Made by a program: the position numbers and the translations under genes. From NCBI GenBank assembly GCA_963799055.1, contig CAWCVP010000009.1, forward strand, positions 2,299-66,298: a stretch of 64,000 nt of DNA. The letters are read 5' to 3'. This DNA comes from an uncultured Candidatus Rokubacteria bacterium (GTDB taxonomy: Bacteria > Methylomirabilota > Methylomirabilia > Rokubacteriales > DASRDR01). A model generated the notes under the pieces. That model had not been told where the DNA came from. It searched no databases and saw only the letters and a list, made by a program, of their open reading frames with translations. Within the stretch, counting starts at the first letter, position 1; every line of letters begins with the position of its first letter. Shown here piece after piece: positions 37,292 to 47,075 of the stretch.

Positions 37292-37678
37292 ATGTACAGC
37301 GAGACGCTCCTGGATCACTTCCGCGCGCCGCGCAACGTCGGGATGATGCGGAGCGCGGACGCGATCGGGGAAAGCGAGGATCCGACCTGCGGCGACCTGG
37401 CGCGCTTCTATCTTCGGATCGAGGGCGACCGCGTGCGGGAGGCTCGGTTCCAGACGTACGGCTGCGGGCCGTCGATCGCGGCGTCGAGCCTCGCCACGGA
37501 GTTGGTGCGCGACCGGCCCGTCGACGCCCTGGGGGAGTTGACCTCCGAGGCGGTCGAGTCGGCCCTCGGAGGGTTGCCGGACGACCGGCGCCACGCGGCC
37601 ACCCTGGTCGTGGATGCGCTCAGGGGCGCCCTGCGTAGCTACCGGGCGGGTGGATCCCGGGAGACGAGACATGCTTGA
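37292..37678 (+). CDS. IscU/NifU-N-terminal-like scaffold lacking the third conserved cysteine
   Basis: Track ORF 128 aa: [35 protein letters not shown], but [16 protein letters not shown] where IscU has ...IHCSVLAEDAI. Confidence 0.8.
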   Translation: MYSETLLDHFRAPRNVGMMRSADAIGESEDPTCGDLARFYLRIEGDRVREARFQTYGCGPSIAASSLATELVRDRPVDALGELTSEAVESALGGLPDDRRHAATLVVDALRGALRSYRAGGSRETRHA

Positions 37679-38348
37679 GGCGATTCGTCGGGATGTGGCG
37701 GCCGCGATGGAGCGCGACCCGGCGGCCCGCAGCCGCCTGGAAGTCGTGCTCTGCTATCCCGGTATCCACGCGCTGGCCTTCCATCGTCTGGCGCATCGCC
37801 TCTGGGGCGCGGGATGGGTGGTGCCGGCGCGGCTCCTGTCGCACCTGTCGCGATTCCTCACGGGTATCGAGATTCATCCGGCGGCGCGCATCGGAGCAGG
37901 GGTCTTCATCGACCACGGAATGGGGGTAGTGGTCGGCGAGACCGCCGAGGTGGGCGACGACGTCACCCTCTACCAGGGCGTGACGCTCGGGGGCACCAGC
38001 CTCAAGCGCGAGAAGCGACACCCCACCCTCGAGCGGAACGTCGTGGTGGGCACCGGCGCCGCGGTGATGGGTGCCCTGCGGGTGGGCGAGGGGGCCCGCA
38101 TCGGCGCCGGCTCGGTCGTCGTGGCCGACGTGCCGCCGAATTCGGTCGTCGTGGGCGTTCCGGGCAAGGTCATCTACCGGGACGGCAAGCGCGTCTCGCC
38201 CCGCGTCGATCTCGAGCACGCCGACTTGCCGGATCCCCTCACGGAGGCGGTCGAGCAGATGCTCGATCGCATCCATGCGCTCGAGTCGGAGGTCCGGGCG
38301 CTGCGCCAGGCCGTCGACCAGCCGGTGGAGCCCGACCGCCGCTCGTGA
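37671..38348 (+). CDS. cysE: serine O-acetyltransferase
   Basis: In-frame ATG of track ORF 37614..38348: [19 protein letters not shown]...[16 protein letters not shown]...[28 protein letters not shown]; hexapeptide repeats. Confidence 0.9.
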   Translation: MLEAIRRDVAAAMERDPAARSRLEVVLCYPGIHALAFHRLAHRLWGAGWVVPARLLSHLSRFLTGIEIHPAARIGAGVFIDHGMGVVVGETAEVGDDVTLYQGVTLGGTSLKREKRHPTLERNVVVGTGAAVMGALRVGEGARIGAGSVVVADVPPNSVVVGVPGKVIYRDGKRVSPRVDLEHADLPDPLTEAVEQMLDRIHALESEVRALRQAVDQPVEPDRRS

Positions 38349-38352
38349 GCCC

Positions 38353-39618
38353 ATGGCGGGGGCCATGGACGAGCCGCCTCGCCAGGACCTGACCCCCGAC
38401 GTCGCGGCGGCCTTGCGCGCGACCGGGGCCTCGCGCGTCATCCTGCACGTCGACATGGACGCCTTCTACGCGTCCGTGGAACAGCGAGATCAGCCAGATC
38501 TTCGCGGACGGCCCGTGGTGGTCGGCGCGGATCCTCGCGGCCGGGGGGTGGTCTCGGCCGCCTCCTACGAGGCCAGGCGCTTCGGGATCCATTCGGCGAT
38601 GCCGATCGGCCGCGCGTACCGGCTCTGCCCCACCGCCGTCTTCCTTCCGGTCGCCATGGACAAGTACGCGCGCGAGTCCGAGCGGATCATGGCCATCCTC
38701 GCCCGGTTCACGCCCCTGGTCGAGCCGTTGTCCCTGGACGAGGCGTTTCTGGACGTCGGCGCCTCCCGGGACCTCCACGGCTCCGGGATCGAGATCGCAC
38801 GCCAGATCAGAGCGCGCATCCGGGCCGAGGTGGGTCTGACCGCCTCTGCGGGCGTCGCGCCGAACAAGTTTCTCGCGAAGATCGCCTCGGATCTCCGGAA
38901 GCCCGACGGCCTGGTCGAGGTCTCGCCCGGCGAGGAGGCGACGTTCCTCCGCGACCTGCCGCTGCGCCGGCTCTGGGGCGTCGGGCCGTCCGCCGAGCGG
39001 GACCTCGCCGCGCTGGGCGCGCGCACCATCGGCGACCTCGTCCGTCTCGGTCGGGCCCGGCTCAAGGCGCGCCTCGGCGCGTCGGGCGCCCACCTCTGGG
39101 AGCTGGCGCAGGGGATCGACGACCGACCCGTCGTGCCGTGGCACGACCCCAAGTCGATCGGGGCGGAGGAGACCTTCGGACGCGACACGCGGGACGTCGC
39201 GCGCATCCGGACGACGCTCCTGGCCCAGGCCGATCGGGTGGCGGCCGAGCTCCGCGCCGCGGGGCTCCGGGGCCGTACCGTCACGCTCAAGCTTCGGTTC
39301 GCGGACTTCCGGACGCTCACCCGACGGGGGACCGAGGACGCGCCCACGGCCGACGGGGGCGAGATCTTTCGCCGGGCGTGGACCGCCTTCTCGAAGATTC
39401 CCCGACCTCAGGCGATCCGGCTGGTCGGCCTGTCCGTGTCGGGATTCGGCCCGGCCGGCGAACCGGGGCAGCTCCCGCTGTTCGGCCGCCCCGACCGCAC
39501 GGAGCGGATCGGGCGTGTCACCGACGAGGTGCGGACGCGCTTCGGGCCGGAGGCACTGGTCAGGGGCAGCCTCCTCGGGCCGGGCCGGCCTCGCGCGCGC
39601 CCGGGCAGGAGGCGGTGA
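38353..39618 (+). CDS. dinB: DNA polymerase IV
   Basis: In-frame ATG of track ORF 38071..39618: ILHVDMDAFYASVEQRD...SAASYEARRFGIHSAMP...SLDEAFLDV...ASAGVAPNKFLAKIASD. Confidence 0.9.
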   Translation: MAGAMDEPPRQDLTPDVAAALRATGASRVILHVDMDAFYASVEQRDQPDLRGRPVVVGADPRGRGVVSAASYEARRFGIHSAMPIGRAYRLCPTAVFLPVAMDKYARESERIMAILARFTPLVEPLSLDEAFLDVGASRDLHGSGIEIARQIRARIRAEVGLTASAGVAPNKFLAKIASDLRKPDGLVEVSPGEEATFLRDLPLRRLWGVGPSAERDLAALGARTIGDLVRLGRARLKARLGASGAHLWELAQGIDDRPVVPWHDPKSIGAEETFGRDTRDVARIRTTLLAQADRVAAELRAAGLRGRTVTLKLRFADFRTLTRRGTEDAPTADGGEIFRRAWTAFSKIPRPQAIRLVGLSVSGFGPAGEPGQLPLFGRPDRTERIGRVTDEVRTRFGPEALVRGSLLGPGRPRARPGRRR

Positions 39619-39643
39619 CAGGTCGGGACCGGCTGCCTATAAT
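39615..39643 (+). promoter_or_regulatory. strong sigma-70-type promoter candidate for the liv-type transporter operon
   Basis: GTGACA (39615..39620), 17-nt spacer, TATAAT (39638..39643), about 50 nt upstream of ATG 39696. Confidence 0.55.
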
Positions 39644-39695
39644 CCTCCCAACGGTCGCCCACCTTTCGACAACTCCCGCAGCGAGGAGGGTCTCC

Positions 39696-40895
39696 ATGAT
39701 TTCGAGACTCGTCACGACGCCGCTCCTGATCCTGCTCCTTTCGGTGACCTCGGCCTTCGCCCAGGCGAAGGTGCCGGGCGTCACCGATACCGAGGTGGTC
39801 CTCGGCATCACGACGCCCCTGTCCGGGCCGGCGGCCGCGTGGGGCACCACGGGCATCGCGGCCGAGGCGTGGGCCAAGCACGTCAACGAGCAAGGCGGCG
39901 TCCACGGACGGAAGCTCCGGATCGTGATGAAGGACGACGGCTACGTCCCCGGGCGGGCGGTGGCCAACGTCACCGACATGAAGGACAGCGTGTTCGCGAT
40001 CGTGGGCCTTCTCGGCACCGCCGTGATGAACGCGAGCAAGGACATCGTCACCGAGGCCAAGATCCCCACGATCTATCCCTACGGCGACCCGCAGATCTGG
40101 GCGAAGCTTCCCAAGGACAGGCAACGCTACGTGTTCGCCATCTACACGAACTACGTGGACGAGGGCGAGTTCATCGTCCAGCAGGCGGCCAAGATCGCCA
40201 GCGCGAAGAAGATCGCGATCTTCTACCAGAACGACGACTTCGGTAAGGGGTACGTCGAAGGGGTCAAGCGCGCGATCCAGGCGCTCGGCGGCAAGGTTCA
40301 GCTGGCGGCCGAGGTCCCGCACGAGGTCCAGGACCGGGAGCTCGGAACGCATGCCCTCAAGCTTCGCGACTCGGGAGCTGACGTCGTCATCCCGGTCGGG
40401 ACGGTGACGGCGGGCGCGAACCTCCTGAAGGAGATGGCCAAGGTCGGCTACAAGCCGCAGATCTTCGCCCCGTTCCCGTACGGCGATCACCAGGTCATGT
40501 TCCGCCTGCTGGGCGAGCTGTGGGAGGGCGTCCACTACAACGGGAACATCCCCTCGCCGACCGATCCCGAGTCGGCGAAGATCATCCAGGCGATGATCAA
40601 GCAGGACGAGAAGCTCAAGGGGCGGGAGAGCTTCGCCCTCGCCGGCGGGATCGCCATGGCGACGGCGGTGGAGGGGCTCAAGCGCGCCGGGCGCAACCTG
40701 ACCCGCGAGGGATACGTCGAGGCCATGGAGGGCATCCGGAACTGGGTGCCCGAGGGGCTCAAGTGGGCGCCGATCACGTTCGGGCCGGGGCGTCACCACG
40801 GCCTCAACACCGTTCGGCTCTACCGGGCGAACAAGGCGGCTGACCAGTCGTTCGTGCCGATCACGGAGTTCCAGACCTTCCCGCCTCTGTTCTAG
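39696..40895 (+). CDS. branched-chain amino acid-type (PBP1) ABC substrate-binding protein
   Basis: In-frame ATG after GAGGAGGG in track ORF 39138..40895. Signal MISRLVTTPLLILLLSVTSAFAQA; VVLGITTPLSGPAAAWG; FYQNDDFGKG. Confidence 0.85.
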   Translation: MISRLVTTPLLILLLSVTSAFAQAKVPGVTDTEVVLGITTPLSGPAAAWGTTGIAAEAWAKHVNEQGGVHGRKLRIVMKDDGYVPGRAVANVTDMKDSVFAIVGLLGTAVMNASKDIVTEAKIPTIYPYGDPQIWAKLPKDRQRYVFAIYTNYVDEGEFIVQQAAKIASAKKIAIFYQNDDFGKGYVEGVKRAIQALGGKVQLAAEVPHEVQDRELGTHALKLRDSGADVVIPVGTVTAGANLLKEMAKVGYKPQIFAPFPYGDHQVMFRLLGELWEGVHYNGNIPSPTDPESAKIIQAMIKQDEKLKGRESFALAGGIAMATAVEGLKRAGRNLTREGYVEAMEGIRNWVPEGLKWAPITFGPGRHHGLNTVRLYRANKAADQSFVPITEFQTFPPLF

Positions 40896-40909
40896 GACGC
40901 TCGCACCTG

Positions 40910-40935
40910 CCCGGAGGGGGTCGATCCCCTCCGGG
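40910..40935 (+). terminator. 10-bp GC stem-loop between the binding-protein gene and the ATPase genes (attenuator-like, no T tract)
   Basis: CCCGGAGGGG (40910..40919), 6-nt loop, CCCCTCCGGG (40926..40935). Confidence 0.35.
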
Positions 40936-40944
40936 CCGCGCCCA

Positions 40945-41697
40945 ATGGGAACGCTCCTGGAGGTGCGAGGGCTGTCGCTGAGCTTCGGGGGCATCCGGGC
41001 GCTCGCGGGGGTGGACGTGTCCCTGGCGGCGGGGGAGACCCTGGCCATCATCGGACCCAACGGGTCCGGCAAGACCTCGCTGTTCAACTGCATCACGGGC
41101 GTCTACCGGCCCGACGCCGGCACCATCACCTTCGCCGGGGAGACCCTGCTCGGCCGCACCCCGGACGGCGTGACGCGACGGGGTGTGGCGCGCACCTTCC
41201 AGAACCTGCGGCTCTTCCACAACATGTCGGTGCTGGACAACCTCCTCCTGGGCCGGCATCTCCACTTCCGGCGGCGGCTTTCGGCGGCGATCCTGCGCCG
41301 TCGCGGCGAGGAGATTCGCCATCGAAGAAAGTGCGAGGAGCTGATCGACTTCCTGAACCTCCAGCCCTACCGGAAGAGCCGTGTGGCGGACTGCCCCTAC
41401 GGCGTCCAGAAGCGCGTGGAGCTCGCCCGGGCCCTCGCCACCGAGCCCCGGCTCCTCCTGCTCGACGAGCCGGTGGCCGGGCTCACCGCCGAGGAGAAGG
41501 AGGAGTTCGCCTACTGGGTGCACGAGCTGAGCGGACGGCTCGGCATCACCGTGCTCCTGGTCGAGCACGATCTCCGGGTGGCGTCGCGGCTGGCCGGGCG
41601 CATGGTGGCGCTCGATCACGGGGTGAAGATCGCCGAGGGCACGCCCGCCGAGGTGCAGCGGGCGCCCGAGGTGATCCGAGCGTACCTTGGCGACTGA
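40945..41697 (+). CDS. livG: ABC transporter ATP-binding protein (LivG-type)
   Basis: Track ORF 250 aa: GPNGSGKTSLFNCITG (Walker A), ARTFQN, LLLDEPVAGL. Confidence 0.9.
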   Translation: MGTLLEVRGLSLSFGGIRALAGVDVSLAAGETLAIIGPNGSGKTSLFNCITGVYRPDAGTITFAGETLLGRTPDGVTRRGVARTFQNLRLFHNMSVLDNLLLGRHLHFRRRLSAAILRRRGEEIRHRRKCEELIDFLNLQPYRKSRVADCPYGVQKRVELARALATEPRLLLLDEPVAGLTAEEKEEFAYWVHELSGRLGITVLLVEHDLRVASRLAGRMVALDHGVKIAEGTPAEVQRAPEVIRAYLGD

Positions 41698-42487
41698 CCG
41701 CCCGGGCTCCCCGCCTCTGCTGTCCGTCTCGAGCATCGAGACGCTCTATTTCGATCGCATCCATGCGCTGCTGGGCGTGTCGCTCGAGGTCGGGGCCGGC
41801 GACGTCTTCGCCGTGCTCGGGCCGAACGGGGCGGGGAAGACCACGCTGCTCCGGACGATCGCGGGCCTTCTGAAGGACCAGCCGAAGAAGGGCGAGATCC
41901 GGTTCGCCGGGCAGCTCATCGAGCGGCGCCCTCCGGAGCGCATCGCGAACCTCGGGGTCGTCTACGTCCCCGAGGACCGCGGGCTGTTTCGCGAGCTGAC
42001 GGTGGAGGAGAACCTGCGGCTCGGGCTGTGGGGCCGGCGAGACGGGAACATTGCCGCCGATCTCGACTTCGTCTACGGCATGTTCCCGATCCTGCGCGAG
42101 CGAACGCGCCAGGACGCGGAGACGCTGTCGGGCGGCGAGCAGCAGATGCTGGCGCTGGCCCGGGCCATGCTGCGCCGGCCGCGGCTTCTCATGCTGGACG
42201 AGCCGTCCCTCGGGCTCGCCCCGCAGGTCGCCAAGACCGTGTTCGAGGCGCTCACCGTGATCAGCGGACGGGGCACGACGATCCTCCTGGTGGAGCAGAA
42301 TGCCCGGCTGGCCCTCCGGATCGCCCGCCACGCGGCGATCCTGGAGTCGGGTCGCATCGTGCTCCAGGGACCGGCGGCGGAGCTTGCGGAGAACCCGGAC
42401 GTGCGCGAGGTGTACCTGGGGGTGGGCGGTACCGACGCCGCCTCGCCCAAGGGCTGGCGGCTCTACCGCAAGCGGAGGCGATGGTGA
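41687..42487 (+). CDS. livF: ABC transporter ATP-binding protein (LivF-type)
   Basis: Track ORF 266 aa: GPNGAGKTTLLRTIAG, LSGGEQQMLALARA, LMLDEPSLGLAP. Start codon uncertain (TTG 41687). Confidence 0.9.
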   Translation: MATDRPGSPPLLSVSSIETLYFDRIHALLGVSLEVGAGDVFAVLGPNGAGKTTLLRTIAGLLKDQPKKGEIRFAGQLIERRPPERIANLGVVYVPEDRGLFRELTVEENLRLGLWGRRDGNIAADLDFVYGMFPILRERTRQDAETLSGGEQQMLALARAMLRRPRLLMLDEPSLGLAPQVAKTVFEALTVISGRGTTILLVEQNARLALRIARHAAILESGRIVLQGPAAELAENPDVREVYLGVGGTDAASPKGWRLYRKRRRW

Positions 42488-44296
42488 TGGAGACGATCAC
42501 GCCGGTGGCGGGCACCTTCCCCGAGCTGTTCTTCTCGCAGGTGCGGAGGCAGGGGCCCGCCCTCGCGCTCCGGCACAAGGTCTTCGGCATCTGGCAGCGC
42601 GTCTCGTGGGCCGAGTACGGGGAGGCGGTCGAGCGTGTGGCCGGCGGCCTCCTGGCCGCGGGACTCGCCCCCGGGGAGCGGGTGGCCATCCTGGGCGACA
42701 ACCGTCCCGAGTGGCTCTATTGCCACCTGGGGACCATGGCGGCCGGCGGTGCCACGTGCGGGATCTACGCGACATCGTCACCGGAGCAGATCCGGTACCT
42801 CCTCCAGCACTCGGAGGCCCGGTGCCTCTTCGTGGAGAACGAGGAGCAGCTCGAGAAGGTGCTCACCGTGGTCGGCGAGACGGCAATCACGCGGGTCGTC
42901 GTCTGGGACGCGAAGGGGCTCTGGGGGTTCGCCGACGAGCGCGTGACCTTCTTCGAGGACTTCCTGAAGCAGGGACAGGCCTTCCTGGAGGCGAACCCCG
43001 GGCGGCTCGACCGGGCGCGGGGCGGCGATCGGGCCGGACGACCTCGCGATGATCATCTACACGTCGGGCACGACGGGCCCGCCCAAGGGGGCGATGCTCT
43101 CGCACCGGAACATCCTGTGGGAGATCGAGTCGCTCTCGCAGGCGGTGCCGCTCGAGCCCGGCGACGAGGTCGTCTCGTACCTGCCGTTCGCCCACATCTT
43201 CGAGAACTTCACCTCGGTGTTCTGGCCGGTCCGCCTCGGGATCGTCGTGAGCTTCGCCGAGAGCGTGGACACGCTCTTCCAGAACCTGCGCGAGGTCTCG
43301 CCGACGTACTTCGCGGGGCCCCCGCGGATCTGGGAGAAGCTGGCCTCGACCCTCGACCTGCGCATGGCCGACTCGACGCCGCTCAAGCGCGGGCTGTATC
43401 GCTTCGCCGTGGCGGTGGGCCGCCGTCACGCCCGCGCGCGCCGGGCGGGGCACGTCGGCGTCGGCCTCGGCCTGGCCTACCGGCTGGCCCACGCCGCCGT
43501 GCTCTACCCCTTGAAGCGTCGGCTGGGCCTCGAGCGGACCCGGATCGCGGTGTCGGCGGCGGCGCCGGCGGCGCCGGAGCTGTTCGAGTTCTATCACGCG
43601 CTCGGCGTGCCGCTCTTCGAGGTCTACGGCCAGACCGAATCCACCGGTGTCATCACGGCCGGCCGACCCGGCCGGGACCGGGTCGGCACCGTGGGCGAGC
43701 CGATCCCCGGCATCGAGGTGAGGCTCGGGGAGGACGGCGAGATCCTGACGCGCGGGCCGCACGTGTTCCGGGGATACTTCCGGGACCCCGAGCTCACGGC
43801 GCAGACGATCGATGCCGAGGGCTGGCTCCACACCGGCGACGTGGGGGCCTGGGAGGGCGGGCACCTCCGGATCCTGGACCGGAAGAAGGACATCATCATC
43901 ACGGCCGGCGGGAAGAACATCACCCCGGCCTACATCGAGAACAAGCTCAAGTTCAGCCCCTACGTCCAGGACGCGGTCGTGATCGGCGACCGGCGCAAGT
44001 ACGTCGTGGCGTTGATCCTGATCGACGAGGACGTCGTGACCCAGTTTGCCCAGGAGCACCGGATCCCCTTCGCGACGTTCGCGGACCTGACCCAGCACCC
44101 CGAGGTCCACCGCCTGATCAAGGAGGAGGTGGACAAGGTCAACCGCACCCTGTCCCAGGTCGAGTCGATCAAGCGGTTCGCGCTCCTGCCGCGGCGCTTC
44201 TACGAGGAGGAGGGGGACGTGACGCCGACGAAGAAGGTGAAGCGCCGGAGCGTCGAGCGCCGCTACGGCGACCTCATCGAGTCCCTCTACCGCTGA
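42487..44296 (+). CDS. AMP-dependent synthetase/long-chain acyl-CoA ligase, with a +1 frame break near 43020
   Basis: METITPVAGTFPELFFSQVRRQGPALALRHK... (track ORF 42028..44313 frame) joins IIYTSGTTGPPKGAMLSH...YGQTES...TGDVG...GGKNI (track ORF 43049..44296) across a GGGG run. GGAGG SD before ATG 42487. Confidence 0.85.
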
Positions 44297-44298
44297 CC

Positions 44299-44373
44299 GG
44301 GGTCAGACTTTGACTTCCCGACAGTTCGTGCCGCGCCGCTCCCCGAAGTGTAGGGAAGTGAAAGTCTGACCCC
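44299..44373. repeat. palindromic intergenic repeat element, copy 1 (75 bp)
   Basis: Arms GGGGTCAGACTTTGACTTCCCGACAGTTCG and CGAAGTGTAGGGAAGTGAAAGTCTGACCCC are complementary at 27 of 30 positions. Fills the whole gap between the ligase stop (44296) and the livM ATG (44374). Confidence 0.8.
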
Positions 44374-45354
44374 ATGGACCTCGTCGAGAGCTACGCCGAC
44401 GATCTCCGGTTCGCGCGGAAGCCGATCTCGCGGGTGCTCCTGGCCGGGCTGGTCGGCGCCCTGGTGGCGCTGCCGGCGTATGCCGACGCGGCGTGGCTGG
44501 TGCGGGCGAGCCTCATCTGGCTCACCGCGGTCGGCGTCATCGGCCAGAACCTCCTGATCGGCTACACCGGGCTCATCTCGTTCGGCCAGGCGGGGTTCCT
44601 CGCCATCGGCGCGTACACCTTCGGCCATCTGCGCATCGCCGGGGTCCCGCTCCCGCTGGCCCTCCTGGGCGGCGGGGCGGCGGCCGCGCTCGCCGGGGCG
44701 GCGGTGGGGTTCCCGTCGCTCCGGCTGAAGGGCCCGTACCTGGCGATCGCCACCCTCGGGTTCGGGGTCGCCACGTACCAGGTGGTCGCCAACGTGGAGT
44801 GGATCTCGGGGGGCCGCAACGGGCTCGCGGTGCCGCGCCTGGCGGGGCCCGCGGGGATCTCCCGCGAGATGTTCGTCTACTACGTGTACCTCGCCGTCCT
44901 GCTCGTCTTCACCGCGATCGCGTACAACCTGGTCTCCTCGTACGTCGGCCGCGCGTGGGTGGCGATCCGGGACAGTGACGTCGCGGCCGAGGCCATGGGC
45001 GTGAACCTCACGCGGTACAAGCTCCTCGCCTTCGCCGTCTCCTCCTTCTACACGGGAGTCCAGGGGGCGCTCTACGCGCTGTTCCTCGGCCATCTCGAGC
45101 CCCAGACCTTCAATCTCTCGGAGTCGATCACGCTGTTCGTGGCGGTGATCGTCGGCGGCCTCGCCTCGATCGAGGGATCGATCCTGGGCGCGGCGTTCGT
45201 CATCCTGGTGCCGGCGCTCCTCAGCGAGACCCGCTGGCTGGTCCCGATCCTCTTCGGCGTCGGGATCATCGTGGTGCTCGTCTTCGAGCCGCTCGGGCTG
45301 GCCGGGCGGTGGCTCAAGACGCGCCTGTACTTCCAGCTGTGGCCCTTCCGGTGA
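44374..45354 (+). CDS. livM: branched-chain amino acid ABC permease (LivM-type)
   Basis: Track ORF 326 aa, multi-TM: NLLIGYTGLISFGQAGFLAIGAY. Confidence 0.9.
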   Translation: MDLVESYADDLRFARKPISRVLLAGLVGALVALPAYADAAWLVRASLIWLTAVGVIGQNLLIGYTGLISFGQAGFLAIGAYTFGHLRIAGVPLPLALLGGGAAAALAGAAVGFPSLRLKGPYLAIATLGFGVATYQVVANVEWISGGRNGLAVPRLAGPAGISREMFVYYVYLAVLLVFTAIAYNLVSSYVGRAWVAIRDSDVAAEAMGVNLTRYKLLAFAVSSFYTGVQGALYALFLGHLEPQTFNLSESITLFVAVIVGGLASIEGSILGAAFVILVPALLSETRWLVPILFGVGIIVVLVFEPLGLAGRWLKTRLYFQLWPFR

Positions 45355-45370
45355 GCGAGCGCCCGGCCCC

Positions 45371-46252
45371 ATGACGCGGTTCCTCCAGTACGCCTTGACC
45401 GGCCTCTCGGCGGGCAGCCTCTACGCCCTGGTGGCGCTGGGGATCGTGCTCATCTACCGGTCGACCCGCGTCCTCAACTTCGCGCACGGCGCGGTCGCGA
45501 CCTTCGGGACCTTCGTGGCCTTCGGGCTCCTGACCTCGGGCGCGCCGTTCGCGGTCGCGTTCCCGCTGGCGCTCCTGGCGGGAGCGCTGATCGCCGTCGT
45601 CTTCTACTTCATCGTGCTCGTGCCGGCGCAGCGCCAGGGCGCGACCCTCCTGAGCCAGGTGATCCTGACGCTCGGGCTGGCGCTGATCTTCGAGGGCGTG
45701 ATCGTCTACCGGTGGGGCGCGGAGCCCGACCGCTTGCCGTTCCCCCTGTCGGACACGCGGACGTGGCGTCTGGGCTCCCTGTTCGTGAGCGAGCTGAGCG
45801 TGGGGACGCTCGCGGTGAGCCTGGTGGCCAGCGGGCTGCTCTACGTCCTGGTCCAGCGGACGCGGCTCGGCCTGGCGATGCGGGCGGCGTCGGAGAACCT
45901 GCAGGCCGCCCAGACCCTCGGGATTCCGACCCGGCGCGTCCTCGGCCTGTCGTGGGCGGTGGCGTCGGCGCTCGGCGTTCTCGCCGGGATCTTCCTGGCG
46001 CCGGCGCTGCTCCTGGACCCGTTCTTCATGCTCGACCCCTTCCTCAAGGGGTTCGCGGCGGCCGTCCTCGGAGGGCTGAACAGCCTGCCGGGCGCGGTGC
46101 TGGGCGGCGTGATCCTGGGACTCGCCGAGAGCCTGGCCGGCGCCTACCTGACGATCCAGTTCAAGAACACCCTGGCCTTCCTGGTGATCATCGTCGTGCT
46201 GCTGGTCCGGCCGGATGGGCTGCTGGGCCGCCCCTTCAAGGAGCGCGTGTGA
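45371..46252 (+). CDS. livH: branched-chain amino acid ABC permease (LivH-type)
   Basis: Track ORF 293 aa: MTRFLQYALTGLSAGSLYALVALGIVLIYRSTRVLNFAHG. Confidence 0.9.
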   Translation: MTRFLQYALTGLSAGSLYALVALGIVLIYRSTRVLNFAHGAVATFGTFVAFGLLTSGAPFAVAFPLALLAGALIAVVFYFIVLVPAQRQGATLLSQVILTLGLALIFEGVIVYRWGAEPDRLPFPLSDTRTWRLGSLFVSELSVGTLAVSLVASGLLYVLVQRTRLGLAMRAASENLQAAQTLGIPTRRVLGLSWAVASALGVLAGIFLAPALLLDPFFMLDPFLKGFAAAVLGGLNSLPGAVLGGVILGLAESLAGAYLTIQFKNTLAFLVIIVVLLVRPDGLLGRPFKERV

Positions 46253-46278
46253 CAGCCGGGCCGGGCGCTCGGGCGCCG

Positions 46279-46308
46279 TTGCCCGCGGCGCCGGGGCCGG
46301 GATAGAAT
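46279..46308 (+). promoter_or_regulatory. promoter candidate placing the transcription start at or next to ATG 46316 (leaderless mRNA?)
   Basis: TTGCCC (46279..46284), 18-nt spacer, TAGAAT (46303..46308). Only 7 nt separate the -10 from the ATG, and there is no SD. Confidence 0.45.
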
Positions 46309-46315
46309 CCCTCGC

Positions 46316-47072
46316 ATGGAACGGCCGATCGCCTACGACAAGCTGGCGCGGGAGGACCGGTTCGTCCGGATGCGCGCCCGCCGGGTAGGGGAGCTGCAGA
46401 GCGGAGCAGGGCTTGCCGCTCATGCCCGACCTCTCGTCGACCGAGTCGATCCGGGAGCGCGTCCACGGGATCCTCGTGGGCGAGCTCCAGGCGATGGAAG
46501 GCGCCGGCCGCACGGTCTACGACTTCCCGGACGCGCCGTGGGAGTTCACGATGGACATGGCGCGCCAGACCTGGGACGAGTCGCGCCACGTCGAGGTCTT
46601 CAGCCGCCTGCTCGAGCATCTCGGCGGCTACATCGGGGAGTTCCCGGAGACGACGATCCTCTGGCGCTGCGCCTGCGCGGAGGACGCCGCCGCGCGGGTG
46701 GCGGGCGTGAACCGGGGGCTCGAGGGGCTGGCCTGCGACGTGTTCGTCCAGCTGGTCGAGATCGCCCGGCGCCTGCCGGACCCGACGATCGCCCAGGCGG
46801 TCGACTACGTGCTGGCCGACGAGATCACGCACGTGCGCATGGGCTCCTACTGGCTCAACAAGCTGACGGAGGGCGATCCGGAGCGACGCCAGCGCGCCGT
46901 CGAGTTCCAGGAGACCATCGACGATCGGTTCAATCTCGGCGGCATGCGCCGGGAGGGACCCGCCGACCAGGTGCCGATCGCGATCGCGACCGAGTACCGG
47001 AAGCTCGCGGGCTTCACCGACGAGGAGATCGCGCGGCTCGTCAAGAGCACGCAGCGCAGCCCGGTCTACTGA
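46316..47072 (+). CDS. DUF455 ferritin-like (putative di-iron) protein, with a +1 frame break near 46411
   Basis: MERPIAYDKLAREDRFVRMRARRVGELQSGAG (ATG 46316 frame) joins track ORF 46413..47072. Two ExxH motifs (DESRHVEVF, ADEITHVRMG). Confidence 0.7.
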
Positions 47073-47075
47073 GCC

